Assembly: GCA_051294375.1 (NCBI GenBank)
Contig: CM119271.1
Location: 4,907,579 to 4,971,578, forward strand
Direction of reading: 5' to 3'
Source of the DNA: Paraspadella gotoi
Lineage: Eukaryota; Animalia; Chaetognatha
Length of the DNA: 64,000 nt
Shown here: positions 42,104-55,500 of the stretch, piece by piece
How positions within the stretch are numbered: the stretch's first letter is position 1
Layout of the letters: each line of letters starts with the position of its first letter
Program-made: the position numbers and the translations under genes
Notes under the pieces: generated by a model
Databases searched by the model: none
What the model was told of the DNA's origin: nothing
Seen by the model: only the letters and a program-made list of their open reading frames with translations

Positions 42104-43685
42104 TTATGCGCCGGCTGCGGCCGTTGCCGCCGCTCCCAAGATGTCGTCAGCGTCCAATTCCTCTCGCGACAAGTTAAGACCGTCGACCTTTTCACGCAGC
42201 AAATCTATCAAGTACTGGTCCGGTTGTAGGTTTTTCTTATCCAGCTTTTTCCAAGCGGCCACAATTTGCTCCTTCGTCTCCGCGTTTTTCAGTTGACGAC
42301 CGACGAGATAGAGTTGAAACTCATTGTACTGTGATAACATTTAATAACGAAAAGTAAACGACACGCGTTAAAATTGAAAAAAAAAGGGGGGGGGTGTGGA
42401 ATGCAAAGTTACCCGGATGAGCTGACAGGAATTCGTTCGGCAAAGATCGACGGCGAGATCCCTTTGGAGTTTCGGAAAGAACTGCAGTCCAGCGACTCGT
42501 TGCGCTTCCTCCAGGGAAATTTGAAAGTCTACAAGCTCCTTTGACCAAGGAATGGGTTCGTTGGGAGTCAGGAACGCGCCCAAAGCCAAATCGGCCTCCT
42601 AGAAAGATATTATAACGAAACAAATTAATTTATATTTTAAAATGGTTCCATGATTTAAAGTTTATTCGGACCTGACTTGTATCGTTGGAGTTTCCAGCAG
42701 ATTTCCGGCCCCGACAGAGAATGACTTTATAAAGATGTGAGGGAACAGCGACTTCTTTGTCTCCAATGACCTGGAAACGACAACAACAAAATGAGTATGA
42801 ATAAAACTGCCTGCTATTGTAATATCTTCAAACCTGATATTTGACGAAACGTTTTTCTTCCTTCGTCATTGGGTCTAACTCGACTGTAGGCCGCATCACG
42901 GGACCGGAGACAACATGAACTTCTTTCCAATTCTTCGTCAAGTCGCGACAAAACATCTCCAACCGATTCCAAAAACCTATAGTTGGAAGACGAAATAGAG
43001 AAAACTCTATTCTTTTTAAGTTGTCATTCAAAATTTACGTAACGCGCGATCTATCGACGACCGCGAACAAAAGGGCATTTCCTGGCCAGGCGGACCGATA
43101 TGAGAATTTACCCGCGTTGTTCTCGTAGTTTTGTGGGAGAATGTTGGAGAGCAAAAAGGTTTGATCCATGGCTTCCTGACTGGCTTTGTTGTCTCCGGCG
43201 GACGCCATGTGTCCGCGAGAGAGTCCATCGTCCGACGACCCGCGAAAGTCCGAGTTGGTGGCGCGAAAGAGTTCCGGCAAATTATGATCGGGGGCGAAGT
43301 TGGATCTTTTTCTATTTGCAGAACCAGAGAGATCTTCCTGGGTGAAGAGCGAGGTCGTTAAAGTAGCATCGCGAGGTTTCATTAATCTTACCCCAATCTC
43401 TCATACCTCGGTGATGGTTTGCGCGACCCATCTCGGGATTCGTCGGACAGGGTCGAATCCTACGACGTGGTTGGCGTAGTTGAGAGTCGGATCCGGCGTC
43501 GGAAGTCCGAACTCGTAAATGCGCGGGTTAGTGGAATAGGAGCGCGACTCCGAGGAATCGTCAGATACAGCGGCGGCGTCTTTTCCGACGATGTTGCTGT
43601 GATAATTGTAGCCGAAGATGAACCCCCCGGAGTAGATGCCGCCGATGATGCCGGCAATGTAAAGGGGTTGAATAAATTTCGACAT
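42104..43685 (-). CDS. EXOG: Mitochondrial nuclease EXOG (EndoG family)
   Basis: RIPRWVAQ, SRGHMASAGDNK..DQTFLLSNILPQNYENNAGFWNRLEMFCRDL, VAVPSHLYK. SRGH motif plus a C-terminal extension (GRQLKNA..W..L..NLQPD) favours EXOG over EndoG. Confidence 0.88.
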
Positions 43686-44046
43686 GGCTATAAACGTCGG
43701 TTTCAGGAATCGACAATGAGTCTGTGCCTGTAAAATGACCTTTTCGTTCAAAAAAAGACAGAAAATTTGGCTTTTCTAACGCTCAATTATGCAAAGTAAA
43801 AACGTATTAAGGAATGTATGTTTCGATTATGATTATCACGTTTCAATTTGGTTAAACTTTATCACTAACAAAGGAAGCTTTGAAACGTAGTTACTAAGGT
43901 TTATAATTCTGGAACTTTTTTTTTTCCAACATGGTCCACAAAATGACAACGTTTCCAGTCTCGCAAAAGAAAGTCAAAGGAATGAAAGCAGAAAAAGATT
44001 GTGTCTTTATTTATTTTTTTTCATTTCCGAAAAAATCGAAAACAAT

Positions 44047-47000
44047 TTAATGACATTCGTCCTCTTCCCTCCCGCCTTTAGGCTGGGGCGCCAGTTTGAT
44101 CATATCGTCGATGCGCAAGATGGTGATGGCGGCCTCCGTCGCGAATTTGAGGCACTTCACCTTGCAGATGGTCGGTTCCAGAACGCCGGCCTTGAAGTTG
44201 TCGCGGATGACACCCTCGAACAGGTCGAGGCCAACCCACTTGAGATGAGAATGCTCCGATTTTATCTGCGATGACCGAAAATTTGTTAATCATTTTGAGA
44301 AGAATAGCAACTTACTTATTTAAAGAATGACGGGCTTACCTGGGAAGAGTTGTGGTAGGCTCGCAGCTTTGCGACCAAGTCGGTCGCGTCTTTAGCTGAT
44401 TTAAAAAAATAGAGGTAAGTAAGGTAAGAAAGGCAGTCTAAAGTTCAGTTTATATACCGGCGTTGACAGCAAGCGTCTTAGGAATAACGAGCATCGACTT
44501 GGCGAATTCGGCGATAGCCAGCTGTTCCCGCGACCCGAGCGACGTTGCGAAAGTCTCCAGGTAGATAGAGAGCGCGGCCTCGCAAGCGCCACCGCCGGGG
44601 ACGAGCGTCTTAGACTCCATAGTGCGTTTAACCACGCAGAGGGCGTCGTGGATTGAACTGGGAGAATCAAAATGGTATGGCCTCATTCGCTTTTCTCTCT
44701 TACCACACAGCGAATTGTATTTACCGTTCCATTTCGTCGACCATAAAGTCGTTGGCTCCCCGCAAAATAATGGAAGCCGCCGAACGAGCTTTGGGTCCTG
44801 ACAAAGATCAAAATTGGGATCTCAGAAATTTGTCCTTGTTCTTGTTTCTTTGTTCACAATGACAAACCTTTGATCAGAATGAGTTCGTCGTCGCAGATTC
44901 GCTCCTGAACAACCTCGGAGGCTGTACCGAGGAAAGCCGGCTCGAATACCTCTTCGCCCTCCATGTTGGTCATTTGAGCCACAAAGGTGGCGCCTGTGTC
45001 GGAAAGAGAGATAACCGATCACGTCACCAAAACTTTTCCCCAACCGCGCACTCACCCGTGGCCTTGGCGATTCTCCTCATGTCCGCCTTCTTCACCCGCC
45101 GCACGGCTATGGCGCCCGCCTCGACGAAGTACTTGAGGCAGAGGTCGTCGATACCGCCGGTGGTAAGGACAACGTTGGCGCCAGAGGCCAGGATCATCTG
45201 GATGCGCTCCTTGGAAATGTCTGATTCTCTCTGGCGGATGGCCTCCAACTGGTCGGGGTCTTCCACCAATACCTAGATCCCGAAATAAATATATTTCAAA
45301 CGGGACTAAGTACTGTCATAAATACAGTTTTGCTCTTAATAATTAACTGAATTAAACTTCCGACCTGCACTCCCATTTTCATTTTGGACTTTTGCATGGA
45401 AAAGTCGATGCAAGCGATCTTTGGTTCCACGATTTTCTTCGGCATCTGCTGGCTGGCGACGGTGCAGTTGAGAGCGTATCCTTGGATGAACTGGGATTCG
45501 CGCGTCGACCGGCCGTGGGCCTTAAGCACGTTGACAGCCTTGATGGGATACTTGAAGCCTGAGAAAAAAAAAGGATTGGCAATTTATCTCTCTCTCTCAC
45601 ACATTCACTCTCACACACGCACACTCTCACAATCAAGCACGCGCACCTCCTTTGCCGTCGTTCGTCTTGACGGCGGTGGCGGCGTCGACGACCATGTTGG
45701 CGAAAAAATCAGACTCGGCGCCGATGATCTTCGATGACATGGATGTTTTTGCTAAAAAAAAAAAAAAAAAAGGAATTAGAATACTGTACATTGTAGTTTA
45801 AAATAAAGTTATAACCCAAGTAATAATACATCTTCGAAATCCCCCCCTCCCACCTGCGTTGACGATGCAATCCCTGCCCAGGTCGTCGACGCGTATGACG
45901 AGATTGTCGTTGAGATACTTGCAAGCTTCCTTGCAGGCGAGACGGTATCCGCTGATGATGGACGTCGGGTGGATCTTTTGTTTGACCAACTCCTCCGCGT
46001 TCTTGAGCAGCTCGGCGGCGATGATGACGACGGAGGTCGTTCCGTCGCCCACCTCTTGATCCTTGAGGAGAAAAGGGAAAGAATGATTGAATAATAAGTA
46101 ATAAGTAATAAGTAAAATTCCTAAATTTTAACTTTAATTAAAATTCTAAGAGTGAGGAACGAACAAACATGTATCTAATGAACATTTATGTAATAAAATA
46201 ATTTAATAAATTTTACAATTTACGCAGTAGGACATATTTATACTAGTACTAATCCAATAAATGTTAAAATTTCAAAACAGTTTTTTTTCTAAGATTTTTT
46301 TTGCAGATTTGGATTCATTATATAAAGTTGATGAAAAAAAATATAACTCTTTTTGAAAAATTCTTTCATTAAGTGGTCAAAAATGAGAAAAGCTATATTT
46401 TAAGCTGAAAATTAACTTTGATATATTAAATATAGTTTTTTTAATTTAACCCACTTAATGAAAGAATTTTTAAAATGATTTATATTTTCTTTTATCAACT
46501 TTTGACGAGGAATTTAAATCTGCAATCAAAATTAAGAAAAGCCTATTTTGAATTTTTCGATTTTTATAAGGATAGTACTATATATAAATATAGCCTACTG
46601 CAAAATTAAAAAACATAAAATAATTTTTTTTTTACAAATTAATGTTCATCGATGGTATGTTGTTCATAATTGACTTTAGAATTGTGTATGTAACTTTCAC
46701 TACGCCTTAATGAATAAGGAAGGCGAAAGCGAAATTAGAATTCCACTTGATAAAAGCAATAATAAAAATCCCCCCCCACTCCCTAACCTGCAGATCGGCC
46801 AACTCGCAGAGGACTTTAGCGGCGGGATGTTCGACCTCGAGCATTTTGAGGATGGTGGCGCCGTCGTTGGTGACGGTCACGTCGCCCACGTCGTCCACCA
46901 ACATCTTGTCGAGTCCCACGGGACCGAGGGACGACTTGACGATGTTAGCGATGGACTGGGGAAGGCGGATGAGAAAGGTGAGGCGGTTGATTCGTTTCGC

Positions 47001-47132
47001 GATCGAGTCTAACCGGACATTAATTACAGGATGAAAATTAATTACCTGAGCCGCCATCACGTTTTGTTGTCGGATGGTTCGACCAGATTTTCTCTCTCCC
47101 ATGACGCTCAACGCGGAAAGTGACGATGTCAT
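44047..47132 (-). CDS. TCP1: T-complex protein 1 subunit alpha (CCT1)
   Basis: [89 protein letters not shown]. Confidence 0.97.
46111..46704. mobile_element. AT-rich foldback/MITE-like repeat, copy 1 (TCP1 intron)
   Basis: Long imperfect inverted arms (e.g. TTCTTTCATTAAGTGG / CCACTTAATGAAAGAA) and clear similarity to 51825-52150. Confidence 0.7.
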
Positions 47133-47330
47133 TTTGTTAAAGTTTTTAGAGTTAATTTAATACAGTCCTGCGCGTAAGAAACAAAAAAAATGTTCGGCAT
47201 AAAATCGAAAATTTTCATTGTCGCAGGGTAATTTTTTCGATACCGATAACAAAGGGGAGTAGGATAAGGAAAACGACGGGGAAAAGTGTCAAAATAAATA
47301 AAACTGGATCAAGTTTTACTCTTCGCTCAT

Positions 47331-47851
47331 TCAAGTTCTATCGAAAGGCACTCCTTTGGGTAAGTTGAGCCCGACCATATTGGCGGCCTCTTCGGGCGTT
47401 CTCTCCCCATGGTGGTACTGCTTCTGGATGGCGTCTCGTCGCTGCGAACTCGCCAAGTAGCAGCGAAAGGCGTCGCCGAGGCGGAGAACCTCGAAGTCCC
47501 CGCGACACACGCGCCTCTCCGTCACTTGGTTCTTTCTGTGGCGGAATATGTAGTATTAGGTTTTCAAGACAGATTGAATGGCTGATGATATACTCTAGAT
47601 CTTTGTTGGATTTTGAAATCGGTAACCCGACTAACAAGTCACATTTCTTTTAAATTTAATATTAAAATTCATAAAAAATATATTGGTTTGAGAAATGTAC
47701 CGCACGATCAATGAAGCAAATCATTATACCTCGCTTCTCCGATGATATGACGGAAAGCGATGGTTTCCCTGGGATTCTTTCCAGTGCATCTTCGAATTTC
47801 TTTAGACAAACTCGAGATCAAACTGAGCGGTTTTATTCCCTTAGACGCCAT
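47331..47851 (-). CDS. FMC1: FMC1 (C7orf55) mitochondrial complex V assembly factor, 2 exons
   Basis: ..RETIAFRHIIGEARKNQVTERRVCR..YLASSQRRDAIQKQYHHGERTPEEAANMVGLNLP matches the FMC1 pattern (VT.K.CR..Y...GERS.EE.A..VGL.LP). Confidence 0.85.
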
Positions 47852-48029
47852 CGTCAATCAGTATTTTTCTTGAGAGACTTCACATAACGTATTACTGTTT
47901 TAAATCAAAAGGAACTTCCAAAATATCAACGAGCAAAAAACAGGCCGGCATGCAGAAATAGGCGAATATTATTTTTTTTAAAGAGGAAAAATTCTATTAG
48001 GACGTTTTGACAAAAACGTAAATGACAAA

Positions 48030-48065
<36 letters not shown>

Positions 48066-48176
48066 AAAGTTTTTAGAATAATACATGTAATGATGTAGGT
48101 CGTGAAAAATAGTATTCAGCACTAAATTCAACAAAAACTAAATACAATATAATTATAAATAAGTACATACGTCTAT

Positions 48177-51100
48177 TCAATTACGACCACCGTAACCATT
48201 ACCACCACCATAACTACCACCACCCCAAAACCACTACCGCCGCTATACCTACTTCCCTGGTAATTTCCTCCCTTGGCTGAGCTTGCCCGCCGCGACCCCC
48301 CAGCCCAACCACCCTCTCGAGTGGGAGGCGGCTTGAAACCTTCGGACGACGCGTTGTATCTATCCCCAACGCCGTAACCACCTCCGCCGTAACCGTACCC
48401 GCACCCCCCGCCCCGGGTCCACCGCCGCCACCGCGTCCACTTCCTGGGCCACTATATCGTCCCGACTCGTTCGAACCATAGTTGCTGCATCTGTCCCCTT
48501 GTTGAGGGCCCCTATTTTCGTAGGCTCCAACACCGTAGTGGGAAGAAGATCTGTCACCGCCGTTTCGGTTGCCGGCTCGATCGAACGAGGAGGAGCGACT
48601 GCTGCTGCCTCCTCTTCCTCCGCTGCCGTAGAACGAATCGCTTCTCCCCCTCATAGAACCATCATAGGACGATCCTCTTCCCGAGTCCCTCTCCGACCCG
48701 CGATCAAATTCCGATTTAACTTCCGGTCGGGCCGCGTGGGATCCAGGCGCGTCACCGTAGCCCGAGGAGGCGACGCTGGACATCGAGCCGAAGTCGTCGC
48801 GTCTGGAAGAAAGAAAGAAAAAGGGAGAGGAGAGAACGAGAGAGAGATTAAGGGAAAGAAAAAAAATCCAATTGCCAAATAAGAAATTTCTTTATAAGAT
48901 CCAAAAATATATTTTTTTTCATAAAGAATTTACAGAAGGTTTCATATTATAAAATGTGGTACCCATTTTTTGTGACCAGAATCTGTTCCCACCAAACTAC
49001 CCAATCGAATTTAATGAAATTTTACATTTTGATTTTTGACGAGAGATACAGAGATGCATGGTTGAAGATGCATGGTTCATTGTTTTACTTCCAATTTTCC
49101 CAAATTATTCCAAATCTGACTTTAACTGCTGATGTTCATGAAGCTAAAAATTAAGGTATATGAATATTTTTGAGGTTATAAATACGTTTTTGTGGAAGAG
49201 TAAACGTCTGTGCAACTGTTTAAAACAAAAATAATAAAAAAACTTGAAAAAAATTTTTGACCATTTTTTGCCCTCAGGGGCTGCCCCCTCAGGGCCCCTT
49301 ATCTCAGCTTAGGGGTGGAATGTAAAATTCGCCTCGATAGTTCCATTTGTATCACTACTGGTACTCTGCATGCAAAATTTCATTAAATTCTATTCAGTAG
49401 TTTTCTCGGAACGTGTTCTGGTCACAAAAAAGGGGTACCACATTTTATAATATGAAGCCTTCTGTATTATGTATAAGACGAACCGGCTCAAACTCGAGGA
49501 GGACCCGTAATCGTTTCTCCTCTGCTTCGAAATGTGCGAACTCGAGTCGTCCTCGTACGAACGCTTGCGGGCGCCGTTGTGTTCACGATCAGTGCCGTAA
49601 CCTGAGCTCGCTGCTGACATTGTGTCCCAGTCTTTTTCCGGCTTCGAACGAGCGCCTTCGCAGGGTCTGTCGGAATATGTAGATTTTAGAGACTTCAATG
49701 ACTATTTTGAAAGTTCGATCTTCATCTATTCAGTTATCATGGAACCTGTTGTATTGACTGCCGGGCGGCGAAGTGTACTCTCGTCCCGGCTGAGATCGAT
49801 TTTCGAACCCACCGCCCCTACTCCCGCGAAACCCACCCCTGCCCCTTCCTCTGCCCGCCCCCCTTTTCTCTTCGTTGCTGAGATAGCCTTTGCTTCGCGC
49901 TTCCTCGTTGTAACGTCGTACAAGCTTCTCGGCCTCTTCCTAGGTTAGAAAAAAAGTCAAGTCTACAATTCCGAATTATTTCTAGAGTTTTTTTCTGTTC
50001 TCCCAGTCGATAAAACATGATTAATTAGCCGCACCGATGAAAAACACGCTTGTCGGCTCGTAGATTAGGTCGATACCGATTCTCCGCATCCAAACAATTC
50101 AAAATAAAGAAATCGAGTCAAGTCTTTCGGTCCAACGAAAACGAGAGGCGAATGGGGTGACAAAATCTTAACCTTTGGCAACTCTACGTAACGGATCTCG
50201 TCGAAGAAATCCTCGGTGTGGTCGGGCAGCTTAAAGTTGGCCATCATCTCGTAGACGACGCTCTCGGGAACGTCCTTGCCGTCCTCCTTCGTCCGCTTTT
50301 CGCTACGGCGCTTCATTTCTGAATCTGGCGGGACCAACACCGCAGCGATCACCCGGTAGCTGGGATGGGGGGGGGTGAGGGAAGAGGGGGAAGGTTCGGG
50401 TTTGGCTCAGACGACGACGACGACATTGTGGAATCGAAAATAGTAAATTGCATGTGACCATGTTTTTTTAACAATTAACAACTATCAACTAACAGAGCAA
50501 ATAAAAGAATAATTTAGGTTCATCATCGGACTCCAATATTTTCTGAGAACTGTAATTTAAGTTATCACAAGATTCCATGAACTTTTACAACAAAAGTTTT
50601 CCGTTCGGTTTCCCTTGCTCTTCTCACTGTGGAAACTACCACACTTTCTCACCCCGCGTCTTTGAAGGGCCTCATCTTGCGCCTCCTCGCCGATTGATAA
50701 ACGTTGGTTTGATCGAGGATGAGGTTTCGCTTCGTCTTCTGCGCGGACGTGAGACACGTGTTGAACACGTCCGTCGACTTTTGCATGAGAACCTCGAACC
50801 GTCCGTGAAAGTTGCGGAAACGAGGCAAGCCCATCACTTTCATCTTGTCGATGATGCTGTCGGTTCCAAGGATGTTGTATTTTCTAAAAAGTGCCAAATC
50901 GAAGGGAATGAAGAGGAAGAAGGCTTTACTTTCAAAAACCAAGTTCATAGTTTTTTCGTAAAACCTACTTTTCTGAGTTTTTCTCGAAGCAGTCGTAGGC
51001 CCAAGAGGTTTTCCCAGTTCCTGGCAAACCACACATCATTATGACCTCGCAGTCTTGCTTGGATCTGGGGGCCTGTAGTTCAACCAGAAACATTAAACAA

Positions 51101-52450
51101 TCATCTTTTTCAGAAGGAGCGAATCGACAATTATAAATATAAAGAAGCGAGATTTTTGATAATAGGCTAGACATTAGAGTGGAGCACTGGGAAACATAAA
51201 TTTTACTTGAGTGAACAAACAAGGATATTTAAACGTGACATAATATGATTTAAGAATACAAAAAATATTTTGCTCATATTAGTTGGAAAAAAGTATCATT
51301 AATTACAATATATTTATAATAATATCTTTATGAAATAAGAAATTTTTAAATTATTTTTTTAAAAATTTTTATTAAATATTCTGATTATTCATAAAATATT
51401 ATATCAAAAATATAAAATATGTTATTAAAAATTTTAATGTTTTCAGCATCAAAAATGAAAAGAAAAGTCAAAATTTTCTACTTTTTTATACTCTGTAATA
51501 GAAACTATTATATGATAAAACGTTTTAGTCATTTTTTACAGCTTTAACCTTAAAATATCATAAAACATATTTTACAAAAGTTTTTCAGTTTTTTTCCTGC
51601 GAATCGGAAACTTTTTAAAATTAAAAAAATATGATTTTAAAATTTTATGATATTATGAAGACTCGAACCAACAGAGATGAAACATGTACTACGAATAATA
51701 AAAAATCGTTGTATTAGCACATAAATAAATAATTCTTAATATTCACTTAGCAAAGAAAAGAGATAAAATAATACAATGTCTACTAATCAAACAATCTCAA
51801 TCTACACCCTACTAGACATTAAAACGTAGTAAAAAATTATAAATTTAACTTTAATTCTAAAAGTGAGAAACGAACAACATACTAATGAATATTTCTGTAT
51901 AAAAAAAATTGTATTATTAATTTTACAATTTACGCATTAGGCCATCTTTATACATAATACTAATCCAATAAATGGTAAAATTTTAAAACAGTTTTTTGTA
52001 AGATTTTTTTACAAATTTGGATTCGTCATGAAAAGTTTATATAAAGAAATATATCTGTTAAAAATTATTTCATTTTTACAAATTAATTTTCACTGATAGT
52101 ATGTTGTTCATAATTGACGTTTAGAATTTTCGTACGTAACTTTAACTACGCTCTACTAGATATTAGAATTGTCTTTCTTTCGCTTCGTTTGTTTGAGCTT
52201 TTGGTGGTTTCAACAACGTTTCGCTCATCAGCGCTGATGAAGATAGTTATTGCAGTTGTTAAAACAAAACAAAAAAAATTTGGATAATGGACTATAAAAA
52301 AAATAAATTTCACTAAGAATAACATAACATAATAACATAATATATATAACGTGTAGGTGTACTCCTGTGTTTGCGTGTGTGTGAGAGAGAGAGAGAGAGA
52401 GAAAGATGAGAGGGAGAGAGAGAGAGAGGAGAGAGAGGAGAGAGAGAGGG

Positions 52451-52544
<94 letters not shown>

Positions 52545-55500
52545 ATCACCTTCGTTCCTCGAATAAGGTTTCTCGATCCCAGGTCAGCGATGAAGGTGTA
52601 GCCGGGCAGCGGATGAAAAGAAACGTCTTTTTGTTGACCAAGATTGACTGTGACTGCACTATTCTTTGTGAGGATGTGGGGAAAAATCGCCTTTCCTGCA
52701 CCATTGCACCAAAAGAAAAAGAAAGGGTAAAGCGACCGTTAAGAAGAAGAATTTTTGGAGGGAACGTTTATAATGCAGTCACGTACTGTCGGGGAGATCG
52801 TTGATGTGAAAAGCGACTCCAAGAAACTTTCCATTGACAGTGTAAGATACAGTGATAGGATTGCCTGAAATGAGTGTCAATTAAATTTGTCAACTTTCTT
52901 TACAATAAGATTATTTTAATACTGAAAACACTGACCAGCGTGGGGATAGTCGACGTAACAAGCGACGACATCTCCTTGACCGAATTTAACTCCATAGTCG
53001 CGGAATTTGAGATCGGAAGACATTTTGGCCGTGCCTTATAGTCGTTAAACCAAAAATAATTAAACTGTCGAGTTTAAAATTAAGTTATATTTCATTTTCC
53101 CAAAAAAATGCCCAAGTTTCGTTGACATGTGAGCCAGCTCATAATCACTGGTTCCGTTCACCTCCATAGCCGTAGGAGAATTTTTCCTCTCCCAACAAAA
53201 GGCTGGATTGATCCAAGGAGACACCGACCCTGACCACGTGGGGATGAGTTTCCTCTTTTGCATCGTCGATCGTACAGTTCTCTTTTATGTAAACCTAAGT
53301 TCAAGAAAATTGGACAGCATTTTTCTTTGTGTTTGTGTGGATGTTTTTTTTTACTTTAAACTTTTCTTTTACAAAAGTTAATTAAATCCGGGTGTCAACA
53401 CTGCAACCATATCTGTAATCTAGGTTTTTCATTCCTTCATTTCACTCCCCCTTCGTCATCATCAGTGAGTGTGACTCTCATTTTAACAATAGACTCGTTT
53501 TCCAGTTGTTCTCCTTCACGACGACGACGACAAGGAAAACGACGAAAAGTCACAGAAATCAGACGAGGAAAAACCTGAGCAGTAAAACGTCCAATGGGAT
53601 TCGAATGAGGAATGAGGTTCGACCAATGATAGCCCGCGCCGTAGAGGACTTACCATTTCGTTCATGTTTTACAGATAACGAGGGGACCATGACCCAAACC
53701 CGAAAAAAGAGGAATATCGGCGATGGACCATTGTGCTTGTTTTTATTTCGGAGAGGCCCAATGAAATCCGGGTTAATTCGAGTTGAGACTGCAGATAATG
53801 AGGAATACTCAATTTCATGACAAGGTGTGACTCGCTTCGAAACATTAAAACAAAAAAGTTACTGGATTAATTTTTCGGCTCAAAAAACTATTTCTCTGCA
53901 AGTTGGACGACCGCAAAGATAAATGTCGGGGACGAGTGAAACCTTTTTCGTGAGTGGCAACGTGTCAACTATGGACTTCGACGATCTCCCCGTGCAAGAA
54001 TTTCCTCTGGATTTTTCGAAGCAAAGGTAAAAAGTGTTCAAAATTAGTCGTCATCTCAGTAAATTGATGATTGACGTGTCACACGTTAAAATAAGGTTTG
54101 TTTCATAAAAGGCAGACTGAAAAACTAGTTCAGTCTAAAATATGACTAAAATTCAATAAAATTAATGAATTTTATCTTTACATAACAGCATCAATTCCTT
54201 TGCAGATCATCCGAAGCAATGGACACGGAACGGGATGAAAACTATAACTACCTGGCGAAATTGGCAAAGACGACCGCGATATCTCCTCTAACGGGCACCA
54301 AATCCAAGTGCCTCCACGCCTTCACCTGCGCCCTCTGCAACAAGTCATTTTCTACAAAAGCCAACCGCGACAAACACCACCGAAATCTGCACCTTCTCGA
54401 GCGGAAGAAATGTGGAATCTGCGAGAAGGTGCTGTCCAACGTGTACAATCTGAAGCGACACGTGGACGGCGCCCACGGGGCCATCCTCGATCAGAAGACT
54501 GGCGTCGTCTACGAACGCCTGGCTGACGGATCGCCAGGTGCCCAGATCCCCTTGAGGACAGGGGCGACGTCGATGAGGACGACGACTAAAGCGACGGCGA
54601 CGGTTGTGTCAGAGGAGCCGACGAAAAAAGGGGAGAAACGAAAAGCAACGAGCGACACGGCGATCGTAGCGGGTAAACGGCGGGAAACTGGCCAAGAATT
54701 GGTTTCGACCGGGGAGCTTATGGAAGAAGAGATTAAAGACATTGGACACGAACAATCGTCTCTCCACGATTCAATGAGCCCCAACCAAAGCATGGATTCC
54801 ATGAGTGGCAGTCCAAAAGAATACCGCAACGACTCGCCGATCCAGCAGTCCTTCTTCGAGGCCTTCATCCCGGCCAGGTATCGAGGCATACGGGGATCTT
54901 TCGAAGGAGCAGTTCCCGACAACGACCTGCAACTATATTTTTCCGAAGAGGAAAAGGGAGTAATGGCGGACGGCGACGAAAAATACGGAGGGACGAAGGA
55001 GTTTTCGAGAAAGACGAGTGAGACTGTCTCAGAAATCGACAAGTTGGAAAATGGAAATGCAGGCAAGATTGAAACGGATCGCCATGATTGCGAGGGAGCA
55101 GCCAATCTACAGTTTTCGACCGTGACCGAATCGGAAAAGGTCGAAAACAACAGTCAACGGCAGATGGAGGGAAACATTGCCAAAAATGAATTTTTGTCGC
55201 TTTTCGGCCTCGCGCCGAGAAAAACAGAGCCAAACCCCTCCGAACTAGCACTACCCCCTGCTACCATTCTCACCGAGGCGGAGCGTCGAGCCGCCAGCCG
55301 CAAGAGGTTCGAGCAAAAGATGGAGAAAATGGTTGCTTTCTTCGCTCTGGAAGAACGCAAGAAAAGCCCGGAAGGACTGAAGGAGCAAGGACGCATACAA
55401 AGAAAGGGCAAGGCGGCGCGTGAGAAAATGATGAAGCTGTTAAACGGGGGATCGGAACTGAGAAAGAGCGAACGAGTCGCCAAAAAGCTCGCCAAGGAAG

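Noticed and set aside
44047-47132. Intronic snoRNAs in TCP1, a snoRNA host gene in vertebrates
   Set aside because: Most introns are short and the long one is occupied by a foldback repeat. I found no convincing C/D or H/ACA structure by eye; an Infernal/Rfam search would be needed to exclude them.
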